From Candidatus Hadarchaeales archaeon (GTDB lineage Archaea > Hadarchaeota > Hadarchaeia > Hadarchaeales > Hadarchaeaceae), in contig JAWCLG010000011.1 of assembly GCA_038851075.1 (NCBI GenBank), positions 1 through 33,669 of the forward strand: a stretch of DNA of 33,669 bases, written 5' to 3'. Shown here piece after piece: positions 10,601 to 15,109 of this stretch. The notes beneath the pieces are model-generated. The model ran no database searches, was not told where the DNA came from, and saw only the letters and a list, made by a program, of their open reading frames with translations. Made by a program: the position numbers and the translations under genes. The number at the start of each line of letters is the position of its first letter. Position 1 is the first letter of the stretch.

Positions 10601-10625
10601 GTCCAACGGTAAAGGCAGAAGGTAG
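6..10625 (+). CDS. Giant cell-surface protein (5' truncated): FN3/Ig-like repeats, Trp repeats, Ig-like repeats, coiled coil, CARDB-like domains, single TM helix, C-terminal HerA/FtsK/VirB4-like (DUF87-type) ATPase
   Basis: The frame is open from the window edge and begins mid-repeat with no signal peptide, so the true start is upstream. TM helix FFGISIPWLIISAVAIVAAGIAG (~8990-9060) is followed by basic YYQKRKAARRR. Walker A GATGGGKT 9240-9263, VIVFDP, Walker B LLIFDEVH 9624-9647 and REFRKWGIGVMLVSQ are the characteristic HerA/FtsK-superfamily motifs. Lys/Glu-rich tail. Confidence 0.9.
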   Translation: MTLLNALKSPFYTSSWVQGENFKYPGELVDEEYYWRVKAKDDAGNVGEDCGDTWFRVDTKPPVAPSLSWPTYGENVNDSTPNLRWTYDYAGGEVGGGNEKSKPASYRVWIAHDVDFTELVLDSGWMADPNLEDVNENWEVPVENLLPDNVNHYYWKVGIKDAAGNVGENSEVWIFWIDTVKPPKPDPVSPENNWWVSSTENLQWTSVEDNSKPVVYRVWVARDEEFTMVDRDSGWRTENWWKISPPLVDNWYWWRVQAMDNAGNLSENADARRFLVDTQAPGKTQLLAPVEGENMKDNKPTLRWVDNIEDPAQPVLYYVWVAKDQGFTQIYWETGAWIEENEVEVGTELPDNVYYWKVGIMDNLGNIGENSDYSWFRIDVTKPPKPDLYRPANNTSTENLSVELEWSHLTDESGITYHLQVGAGSNFEMLVDNDKLKENIYQFTAPRTGLYVWRVCAYDNAGNIGEWSDNYVFTVGMWHLAENWSGTMGVLVSWLQAEGWSGDVNAPVGWVSTDTWAGSVVVPVSWFTAEFWSGAMGAPVAWSETESWNGSVNAPVSWLNVESWNGSVNAPVSWLQAEVWSGALNAPVGWMNAETWSGSLGTFTPGWCLVQSWSGAVLVPVAWVQTMTWSGTVSAPSQWSVAESWNGYVGVVVSWNVGETWAGAIGAPVAWVNTETWAGKVYAPGPAPTLIYPSNNSAVHDNAPTFTWDNTWVADNWEIWVDNDSNFDTPVFVENTVNNFFNSPQLGDENYYWRVRGWLGPSASPFTTYSVLIDTVRPTVPLKSDIAEDTGKSDSDMITNDDNIKFMWGASSDSSNSPTGEKAGIRWYEIIVDDDLLPPYEIAENVAGQEIYIEVPEGTWKWIVRAWDWAGNVSENEAPWTLIVDFTPPAPPSLITPANNSATKQTSALLFQWENMANSDNIWKYWVQIDNDQSFPGNHPNKTNTYPTVNYITKYFIYDPKDENYCWRVKAYDIAGNEGDWSQVWCVMIDTRAPMSPGKYQPVDNENITSSTVLFVWGETNDQSYSPTGEVAGIETYEIWIDEDLNFGSPYLVENFSPTGTGSVEFEISLPDNVYYWRVRAWDRAGNPGGFETAWKFTVDNTPPSAPDLVSPDNLTMMNDNRPTFTWTEVYDVTGVTYEIWIDNVPTFDDNPFVDNTENTFYALSLENALTDENYYWKVRAWDGKNWSEIRKPGPFSGINSLLLDTRGPPAPSSSPVVQIEGKWYAGDGLITGDNQPSVHWNMVTDLSYSPTGEVSGVRYYELEIDNDNGFTSVEYRCFTSDNVFNYLDDNYPVGAGFPDENYSFRIRVWDWAGNHGDWSPIWSFIVDTTPPTVPELKAPDNNAAENVGMASLEWYDSYDATGVDHYYIEVDDDPSFLTPLDPGFFSDDPTNLKTTAVVVTFPEDGRYYWHVKAIDKAGKESAWSETWEVVIDCVKPPVPDPLTPVDNYLTSDNTPTFHWTSVEDNTETTPHVSGVENYVLQIDDSPAFTSPASFVTQENMLTIPADNSLAVGAWYWRVCAVDRAGNQGDWSENFRINITDLVLTLALSDNIVNPGENFAISGRASWQPENLPVDNRPVYVYVDDNLIDTLYTDNYGCYSTSYLTNALGTHQVKVAITDNHGVYEENVVTFSVETLTVTIMLDDYVANPGESIAISGQVLRWLDWENAVPENRSATDIVIYVDENYQTTLHPDENGNYSGEITAPENLGAHTVYVDIENPDGITGDNQTNFQVKTVHLTFSFERSMANPAERLRYSGVATLLPDGTKVSGKTVEVWLGDTLKSTAQTNPDGSYSGEVIVPEELDTYQYTAKLWADDWIKGENTALVTVKRIDLVAFYDDNTVNPGEPNQIYGTAFLLPDNEPVVGQQLTFTLEDDQGRIVGGATGYTGPTGAYAISFTTPNVYGVYRGMVSITYQVFSAVTVRYLYVKAGVIPLYFDDNVVNLTQDFWISGTARVLPDNAPVANAEVKIYRDGILYDNTVTNENGQYSYKYTEDSITPEKRTIKVVAVSPEGIVCENTQYFEKRVLQYEQLVSYDSHDQFDSVLNPGENFYPSVLIEENNGTQAFKVQKSLDTDLLRAKVGANVYVMSHIREGRWKVPSLQTAPSSPGQYYIMIDVMGSSENGITTPAYGLQMFYYVKTLSLELRATDYTVNPGQQNVVAYGTVRLVPDGTPVAGENVAISFAGENYLLTTADNGYYSCVLNIPMTSRVENLRASIVDSRGLEMENTVTITVGSIDISLIPETEIAGEGQPFRMYGTALRRPENTPVQNTEVKFYIDNSYIKSVYTGTNGAYEIIHTFTTRGIYEIRVEIVDADGIVGENYRSVIAGRPLRIWDNVGIKDVSGTPIQATMKFYEQGTSNVAFQITTSSDGTYDVWGFAGYFDLEISFPSQAVTLKYENLNLDGFSAWDEISRFIEADTPPSAYVSVPGTRGTLRGIAIRPHQVFTENYSRLVVTFTYSSYIQQVGDIWFLRVYRTKGYQLENRMVEGGWKELGGTLDVANYKITAIDNEDPPAVAYVVAEYDPLSAVLLTFENAVSTIQETAGLLGEMSQSLMDNALLLASVVDNLKQTVGNLATQENIAALADIQGQIANILDNVSGILNQIVNLENSSLGLTENLWSAFIQLSQLLENASRSSQVDEIREQLSQAFAVLQGLAPRESLSIDPSIAWLEIYQGETTEFFVRITNTSTSDLSVHPEKGVRNWPESLELDRSIRMSFDPSVLSLKSAETRTLTVTVVAGTNVPAGVYSGEVLIKGTGVEKALPVAMRVRPWARGLFDLSVTSLVRTSYPGGKVPVEVQLKNMGIQAADAEVTVTLESVSGARLATVMGETVKVDVSETKVQTYEIEVPVDIEEGQYVIKAVAVYHWNGDNVTISGVDTVEIEKFIKVTLRTLAREVEPGGKIPFEAEFRNTGSEWTEVNVKLQLLTPAGEPCWSESVRISLEPNSVERRTYEADVPSDTAGGTFVLTASGEYVWLEKAISITEAEAEVQVKSPPFTFFGISIPWLIISAVAIVAAGIAGRFGYRYYQKRKAARRRFEARLFTAELPKPGPDAIKIGKLAEAPGDAHLDINDLRMHVMTAGATGGGKTISSMVIAEEALLKGRNVIVFDPTAQWTGFLKKCTSEKMLSYYKNFGMKDSDARGFPGVVKLVTNPRQKLDMKELLGEEARGKITVFVIERLKPGDMDVFVTNVIQSIFESQPMEYPGLKTLLIFDEVHRLLPRFGGTGAGVIQLERAVREFRKWGIGVMLVSQVMGDFEEEIRSNIRTQVQFWTREKEELDRISRTYGEEHMRSVSKAPVGFGMLVNPDYNRGRPYYINFRPILHEVQRLDPKQLDRYYAADERIENIKYKLKKLEEKGVDVFDLRIELGLAMRKLEEASFDMVDAYLESLEPRVESVCAQHKMAGLKREIELRSEKEIKETQMAALRERERRLGAVARRPPEIVEAYKELLARATPVATGETGKPLKEEEVVHPMAEKGPPKSEEEIEKQMEEIEKPKEAAEKKVVEEKEEQVKKAKEEKKPAAKAKAKNGAAKKSNGKGRR
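1437..2063 (+). repeat. 13 tandem 16-aa Trp-rich repeats (consensus WxxxExWSGxVxAPVx; 48-nt period)
   Basis: Units such as WLQAEGWSGDVNAPVG, WSETESWNGSVNAPVS and WLNVESWNGSVNAPVS (one unit has 17 aa). Exact 32-nt direct repeat GAGTCCTGGAATGGATCAGTTAACGCTCCCGT at 1641-1672 and 1689-1720. Confidence 0.95.
4621..6985 (+). repeat. About 8 second-class Ig-like modules (macroglobulin/carboxypeptidase-regulatory-like) in the giant protein
   Basis: Repeated D..VNPGE...I.G....LPD..PV and T..NG.YS motifs, e.g. LSDNIVNPGENFAISG, LDDYVANPGESIAISG, YDDNTVNPGEPNQIYG, ATDYTVNPGQQNVVAYG. Confidence 0.75.
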
Positions 10626-10651
10626 AATGATGCGTTTGTGTCATTGGCGGC

Positions 10652-10665
10652 CAACCCTTATAATA
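10652..10665 (+). promoter_or_regulatory. Putative BRE/TATA promoter for the 10695 gene
   Basis: CAACCCTTATAATA ending ~30 nt before ATG 10695. Confidence 0.55.
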
Positions 10666-10694
10666 AAATGCGCCCACTTTTAACGTGTGGTTGA

Positions 10695-11486
10695 ATGAGG
10701 GCGGCGGTTAAAGTGCTGGCGATATCTGCGGTGGCCGCACTGGTCTTCACCGGGGTCTATCTATCGCTTAAGGTGACTTTTGAGCTGGCAGGGTTGGATT
10801 TCGTGGCAGATGGCGACTGTTTTATCCGGGTCAGTTACCACACGAACCGCCCCGCGGTTGCTAGGCTTTTGTCATATGATAACAGGGTGCTGGAGGAGGT
10901 GGAGCTGCCTTCTGGATCAGACCATGCCGAAATTAAAATAACAGAGAACCGCAGCAATCCCAAAGAGCCGGTTTTTCTGATAATAGAACAGGGTGGCAGA
11001 GTTATCTGGACCGGTGGTTTCTCGATGCCGGTTGTCCAGCTAAAGCTCATTGGCATAGTGGAGTGGGGCTGGGATCCTGATGCCGGCCTGAGCACCATCA
11101 AGTGCTTGGCTGTCCAGATAAGCAACGGAGGAGGGCTACCAGCGCATGTGTACAGGATAAGCGGTCTGCTGGACGGAAGACTCGTTGGAGGGACTTCAAC
11201 CGAGTGGGAGCCTGCTGGAGAGGGAATTGTGGACAGATGGATAATGCCTGGTGCCGAGGACAATCTGACCGTGGAGTGGAGTGGACCGTCGCTTTCACCA
11301 GGATACCACGGATTCAAGCTCGTCGCCGAGGACATTGACGGTGAAGAAGTCGCAGGTATGGTGTTCCCAGCCTTCGTCAACGTTCCAAGCGAGTACATTC
11401 ACGGCGGGAGGATGGTCGATGAGTGGAGCGGGGAAGTCGGGGCACCGGCTGGATGGTACAGATCGGAGAACTGGAGATTGAGGTAA
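10695..11486 (+). CDS. Membrane-anchored or exported beta-rich protein with a C-terminal Trp-repeat motif
   Basis: N-terminal hydrophobic segment VLAISAVAALVFTGVYLSL; beta-strand-rich body; ends GRMVDEWSGEVGAPAG-WYRSENW, in register with the 16-aa repeat of the giant protein. Confidence 0.8.
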   Translation: MRAAVKVLAISAVAALVFTGVYLSLKVTFELAGLDFVADGDCFIRVSYHTNRPAVARLLSYDNRVLEEVELPSGSDHAEIKITENRSNPKEPVFLIIEQGGRVIWTGGFSMPVVQLKLIGIVEWGWDPDAGLSTIKCLAVQISNGGGLPAHVYRISGLLDGRLVGGTSTEWEPAGEGIVDRWIMPGAEDNLTVEWSGPSLSPGYHGFKLVAEDIDGEEVAGMVFPAFVNVPSEYIHGGRMVDEWSGEVGAPAGWYRSENWRLR

Positions 11487-11511
11487 AGATACTTCAGTTG
11501 ACTAGATACCC

Positions 11512-11540
11512 ACCAATCCGTGGATTTTTCCACGTTTGGT
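11512..11540. terminator. Possible hairpin between convergent genes
   Basis: ACCAA-TC-CGTGGA-TTTT-TCCACG-T-TTGGT inverted repeat in the 69-nt gap between stop codons. Confidence 0.3.
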
Positions 11541-11555
11541 AAGCAGCCCGCGTTT

Positions 11556-12365
11556 CTACCGGGTCCTGCCAATGTGCTTCAGAATCTCTCCAGCCAGATT
11601 TACAAATCCTCTGGATGCCCTGCACCTGGGTCTGTGCTTCACGACAGGTATTCCTGCCGCGGTGGCCTCCTGCACCAGCCTGCTTTCGGGAATCTGGGCG
11701 ACCACCGGCCACCCTAATGATTTTTTCACCTCCGTGATGGACAGCTCAAACGGGTATCCTGCCACCCTGTTTACGACCACGCCGAATATCGGAATTTTGT
11801 ACTTCTCTGCCGCCCGGAATGTCTTGAGAGTGCTGGCTATCGTGGGAACATATGGATTTGTTACTATTATCATCTCGTCGCAGGCTTTCAGCGCCACGAC
11901 CACTTCCTTGCCTATGCCCGGAGCGGTGTCTATCAGGATGAGCTTGAACATGCGCTTGAGGGGTTCTATCAGCTCCCCGAGGTCAGAAACGTATATCTCA
12001 TCCTCGAACGCTATTGATCCGAACACCGCCTTTACGCCCTGGCTTTCAGTTATGGCGTCCTGAATCGGAAGTCCCCTGGAGACCACATCGTGCACGGTTA
12101 TCTCGGGGGTGAGCTCTCCGAAGTGGAGACAGAGGTTTGGGGCGCCGAAGTTGGCGTCCAGCAGCAGCACCCTGTCCTCACCCCACATGTTCGCGAGCGC
12201 AATGCCGGTGTTTACCACTGTGGTGGTTTTTCCTACGCCCCCCTTGCAGGAAAAAACGCCTATGACTCTTGCCTCGCGCTTTTCTATGAATGGGGAATCC
12301 ATCTTCCTGCCGTCCAGCAGGACTTTCAGTTTTCTCGTCGCGCGCGGTTTTTTCAACAGCGACAT
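11556..12365 (-). CDS. minD: MinD/ParA-family ATPase
   Basis: Deviant Walker A KGGVGKTT, LLLDAN..APNL, ILIDTAPG, GVVVNRV, IPES..VQEA...GIPVV; basic ~30-aa N-terminal extension. Confidence 0.85.
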   Translation of the reverse strand: MSLLKKPRATRKLKVLLDGRKMDSPFIEKREARVIGVFSCKGGVGKTTTVVNTGIALANMWGEDRVLLLDANFGAPNLCLHFGELTPEITVHDVVSRGLPIQDAITESQGVKAVFGSIAFEDEIYVSDLGELIEPLKRMFKLILIDTAPGIGKEVVVALKACDEMIIVTNPYVPTIASTLKTFRAAEKYKIPIFGVVVNRVAGYPFELSITEVKKSLGWPVVAQIPESRLVQEATAAGIPVVKHRPRCRASRGFVNLAGEILKHIGRTR

Positions 12366-12393
12366 TATTTCAGTGAAAATTTTGTCTTTCTTC

Positions 12394-12405
12394 TATAAAA
12401 TTAAT
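12394..12405 (-). promoter_or_regulatory. Putative TATA box for the MinD-like gene (leaderless)
   Basis: Minus strand ATTAATTTTATA ending 28 nt upstream of ATG 12365. Confidence 0.5.
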
Positions 12406-12425
12406 TTGGTAGCAGCGCTGGTCTA

Positions 12426-13331
12426 TCAGACGAGGGCGTCGAGCAGCTTTGATATCCCGGTCTCGACCACCTTGATCTCCCTCTCGATCCTGTCTAGTCT
12501 CCTCTGATTTTTCTCATCGTTTTCCTTAAGGGTCTCCACCATCTCCTTTAGCTTTGCGAACTCCACCGGGTCAAGCTCGGACTTCACTTTGGCGGCCAGC
12601 TGGGTGGAGACGAACTTTTCAAAATCAGCTTTGGGCAAGGCCTGCTTAACAGCAGTGTCCACCTGGCTGAGGGTCTTCGACATGTTTTTCACGCTCTCCT
12701 CCACGACTCCGAGCCTCACCAGCATGTCTGTAACCTCCTTCAGCCTTCTCTGAAACTCCATAAAGGCGCTCATCACCTTGTCAGACATCAGCTCGACTTC
12801 ATCCCTGAGTTTCTGTATCCGCATTATGTTTCTCCTAGCATCGTCCGCCATACCCACGACCGTTTCGAACCCCTTGAACTTGGCCATGGTCTCCCTGTAA
12901 CCGCCAATCTCCTTTCTCAGTTCCTTTATCTCCTCGCTCACTAGGGAGAACTTCGTCTTCAGACCCTCTATGTCGTTATCCCTCTTCATTATCATTGACC
13001 TGAACTCCTCGGGCTTTATGCCCTCGAGAGCACCCAAGGCTCTCTCAGCCTTGGCCTTGGCATCAGCGCTGTCCTTTGCCTGGCTGAGGATCATGGACCT
13101 CAGCTCACCGACCTTCTCGTTGAGCATGGATATTCTCGTGTCGGTCGGTTCCCTGAGTGCCATGAGACCCATCACGCTGGCCTCCAGCTGATCCATTTTG
13201 ACCTTTAGTGCCTTGTCAATCTTAGATTCCAATGCAGGCTCGGGCGCGGGAGATTCCTCAGGTTTTTTCTGTTCTTCGGGCTTTTCTGAGGATGCCTCCT
13301 TCTTTTTACCGCGTTTTTTCAGCATCTTCAT
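12426..13331 (-). CDS. Cytoplasmic coiled-coil protein of unknown function
   Basis: 301 aa, heptad-patterned and rich in E/K/L/M/R, no TM segment, charged disordered N-terminus; GGTGA lies just upstream of the ATG AAG ATG start region. Confidence 0.8.
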   Translation of the reverse strand: MKMLKKRGKKKEASSEKPEEQKKPEESPAPEPALESKIDKALKVKMDQLEASVMGLMALREPTDTRISMLNEKVGELRSMILSQAKDSADAKAKAERALGALEGIKPEEFRSMIMKRDNDIEGLKTKFSLVSEEIKELRKEIGGYRETMAKFKGFETVVGMADDARRNIMRIQKLRDEVELMSDKVMSAFMEFQRRLKEVTDMLVRLGVVEESVKNMSKTLSQVDTAVKQALPKADFEKFVSTQLAAKVKSELDPVEFAKLKEMVETLKENDEKNQRRLDRIEREIKVVETGISKLLDALV

Positions 13332-13445
13332 TCACCATAATCTATGGGCACTGGCATTTTATCTTTACCGCTGGTTGGCAAATCTCTCGGGCTTGGTTAT
13401 CCTCCAGCGGAGGGGCTTAATACCACAGAAACAGGATTTGAATTG

Positions 13446-13931
13446 ATGGAGCGAAACGAAATAGCGATAGTTCTGCTCCTAGCCATGCTGGCCTGCGCGT
13501 GGGCTGTCTGGCTATGGGGCGGTTCGTTTGGCGCCGGCACCTCAAATGATAATCTGGAAGGCCTGTTGGACAGAACATCCCTTTTCAGGGGTTATCGGGC
13601 ATATATGGATAACTCGCTGGGCCTCTGTTTCACCACAGGGTCGAGCATGGAGCCGGCCCTCAGGACCGGAGATACGGCTATATGGGTCAAAGTTCCATTT
13701 GAAAATCTTCAAGTTGGAGATGTCATCGTTTACTCACATACCGTCACAGTAGGAGAGAACAGGGGTCAGATCTTCATAGTCGTTCACAGGATCATTAACA
13801 CAGTGGAGGACGGAGTTTTCACGAAGGGAGACAATCTCTCCAGCCCTGATGCTTACAAAGTGAGACCGGGAGATTTTATAGGTCTTGTTAGGGGCGTCCT
13901 GTTCACATCCTCCGGATCGTGGGAGAGGTGA
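13446..13931 (+). CDS. S26 signal peptidase I, ER/archaeal (Sec11/SipW) type, predicted active
   Basis: N-terminal TM; box B TGSSMEPALRTGD (Ser nucleophile), VGDVIVY, IVVHRII (His base), TKGDN...PD. Start moved from 13344 to ATG 13446, with TTAATA ~24 nt upstream. Confidence 0.85.
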   Translation: MERNEIAIVLLLAMLACAWAVWLWGGSFGAGTSNDNLEGLLDRTSLFRGYRAYMDNSLGLCFTTGSSMEPALRTGDTAIWVKVPFENLQVGDVIVYSHTVTVGENRGQIFIVVHRIINTVEDGVFTKGDNLSSPDAYKVRPGDFIGLVRGVLFTSSGSWER

Positions 13932-13935
13932 GAGC

Positions 13936-14370
13936 ATGAGGAGAGCAACTGTTAAAAAGATTGAGAGCGGGATTGTCCTAGTTTTACTTTTCGCAACGAC
14001 TTTCAGCTGGATATTTGCTGTTTCGAGGCTGTTTTCCGAGCAGAAGCTGAATGACGTGTCGGAATATTTTGACAACTTCAGGGTTCTGCTCAGTGATGAG
14101 ATCAATATAACATCCGCTGGAAACTGGGACATGGGGCAGACCATCAGGGAGGGCGATATGGTCATGTGGGTACGGCCTGATCAGGGAAAGGTTGGAACCG
14201 GTGACCTGGTGCTGTGCAGGGATGAAGATAATTCAGTTATCGCACGCAGGGTAATTTCAACCGATAACGGATGCTTTCAAGTCAGGGGAGACTCGCTGGG
14301 AAGTGAGACTTATTCAGTTTCTTTTACAGACATCGTCGGACAGATTATCGGAGTGATTTACGAGAGGTGA
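13936..14370 (+). CDS. S26 signal-peptidase-like paralogue lacking catalytic residues
   Basis: Co-linear with the upstream peptidase (TIREGDMVMW, TGDLVL, RRVI, VRGDS, DIVGQIIGV) but SSMEP is WDMGQ and VHRI is ARRV; GAGGTGA RBS overlaps the upstream stop. Confidence 0.75.
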   Translation: MRRATVKKIESGIVLVLLFATTFSWIFAVSRLFSEQKLNDVSEYFDNFRVLLSDEINITSAGNWDMGQTIREGDMVMWVRPDQGKVGTGDLVLCRDEDNSVIARRVISTDNGCFQVRGDSLGSETYSVSFTDIVGQIIGVIYER

Positions 14371-14374
14371 GGTT

Positions 14375-15040
14375 ATGTCAGCTCCCGCTGAGGAAGTAAA
14401 GATTGGTAAAAAGGACCTGATTAAACTTTTCGTGAAGAAGCGTTGGAAGCACCTGATCCTCGCTGGTGCGTGTATCGCGGTCCTGTCCTTCGTGTTCTGG
14501 CTTGTATTCAAGCCGCCTGAGCCACAGCCAGCCTGGGTGTCAGGGCCGATTTTCAACCAGCCGGGAGAAAACGGCCTTCTCGCCGCGGTTGGTGAGAACA
14601 CCGGGATCGAGAATATATACCTCGCGGCATGGGGAAAATATGGGCCCGCGTACAATCCGAGGGAAGACCTAGCCGCACAGGCAGGTGCGGTTGACGGGGT
14701 GATAAGCTCCAGCGGGCAGTGCGTGCAGATATGGGCGAACAGGCGGTTCGACATAGTCATTGCGGTCAGGGCGAAGACTCCGGAAATAGCCTACGTGGCG
14801 AGGGAAAACATGTGGGTGACGCTTGCCGCGACGGTAAACGGGTTCACCATAGGTCCCGAAAATTCAACCGACCGTAAGGAATACGTGTTCGAGCAGTCGG
14901 GTTACGGGACTACCGAGGGATACATGCGCGTGAACGTTGTGTGGGACAACGACGGGAACGGTTACGAGCTCATGCCGCAGGATAACCTGAAGATAATGTT
15001 GCTGGGCTTCTACACCTGGAGATATCCTGGAAGACTTTAA
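14375..15040 (+). CDS. Exported or membrane-anchored protein, paralogue of the 15110-15922 product
   Basis: GAGGTGAGG RBS; KKRWKH followed by hydrophobic helix LILAGACIAVLSFVFWLVF; shares six ordered motifs with the convergent gene. Confidence 0.8.
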   Translation: MSAPAEEVKIGKKDLIKLFVKKRWKHLILAGACIAVLSFVFWLVFKPPEPQPAWVSGPIFNQPGENGLLAAVGENTGIENIYLAAWGKYGPAYNPREDLAAQAGAVDGVISSSGQCVQIWANRRFDIVIAVRAKTPEIAYVARENMWVTLAATVNGFTIGPENSTDRKEYVFEQSGYGTTEGYMRVNVVWDNDGNGYELMPQDNLKIMLLGFYTWRYPGRL

Positions 15041-15073
15041 GTTGCACCTCAGTGTACCCAGCCCCAGCTGATC

Positions 15074-15097
15074 AAATAAAAAAATAAAAAAAAGAAA
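15074..15097 (-). terminator. Oligo-T archaeal terminator for the 15110-15922 gene
   Basis: Minus strand TTTCTTTTTTTTATTTTTTTATTT starting 12 nt after the TAG. Confidence 0.7.
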
Positions 15098-15109
15098 TGC
15101 GCTGCTGGA

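Noticed and set aside
10380-10625. Purine-rich low-complexity DNA and a 106-aa antisense ORF
   Set aside because: Explained by the Lys/Glu/Ala-rich tail of the giant protein.
13344-13445. Longer N-terminus for the first signal peptidase
   Set aside because: It would fill the divergent promoter gap; ATG 13446 has a TATA-like element at the expected distance and directly precedes the TM helix.
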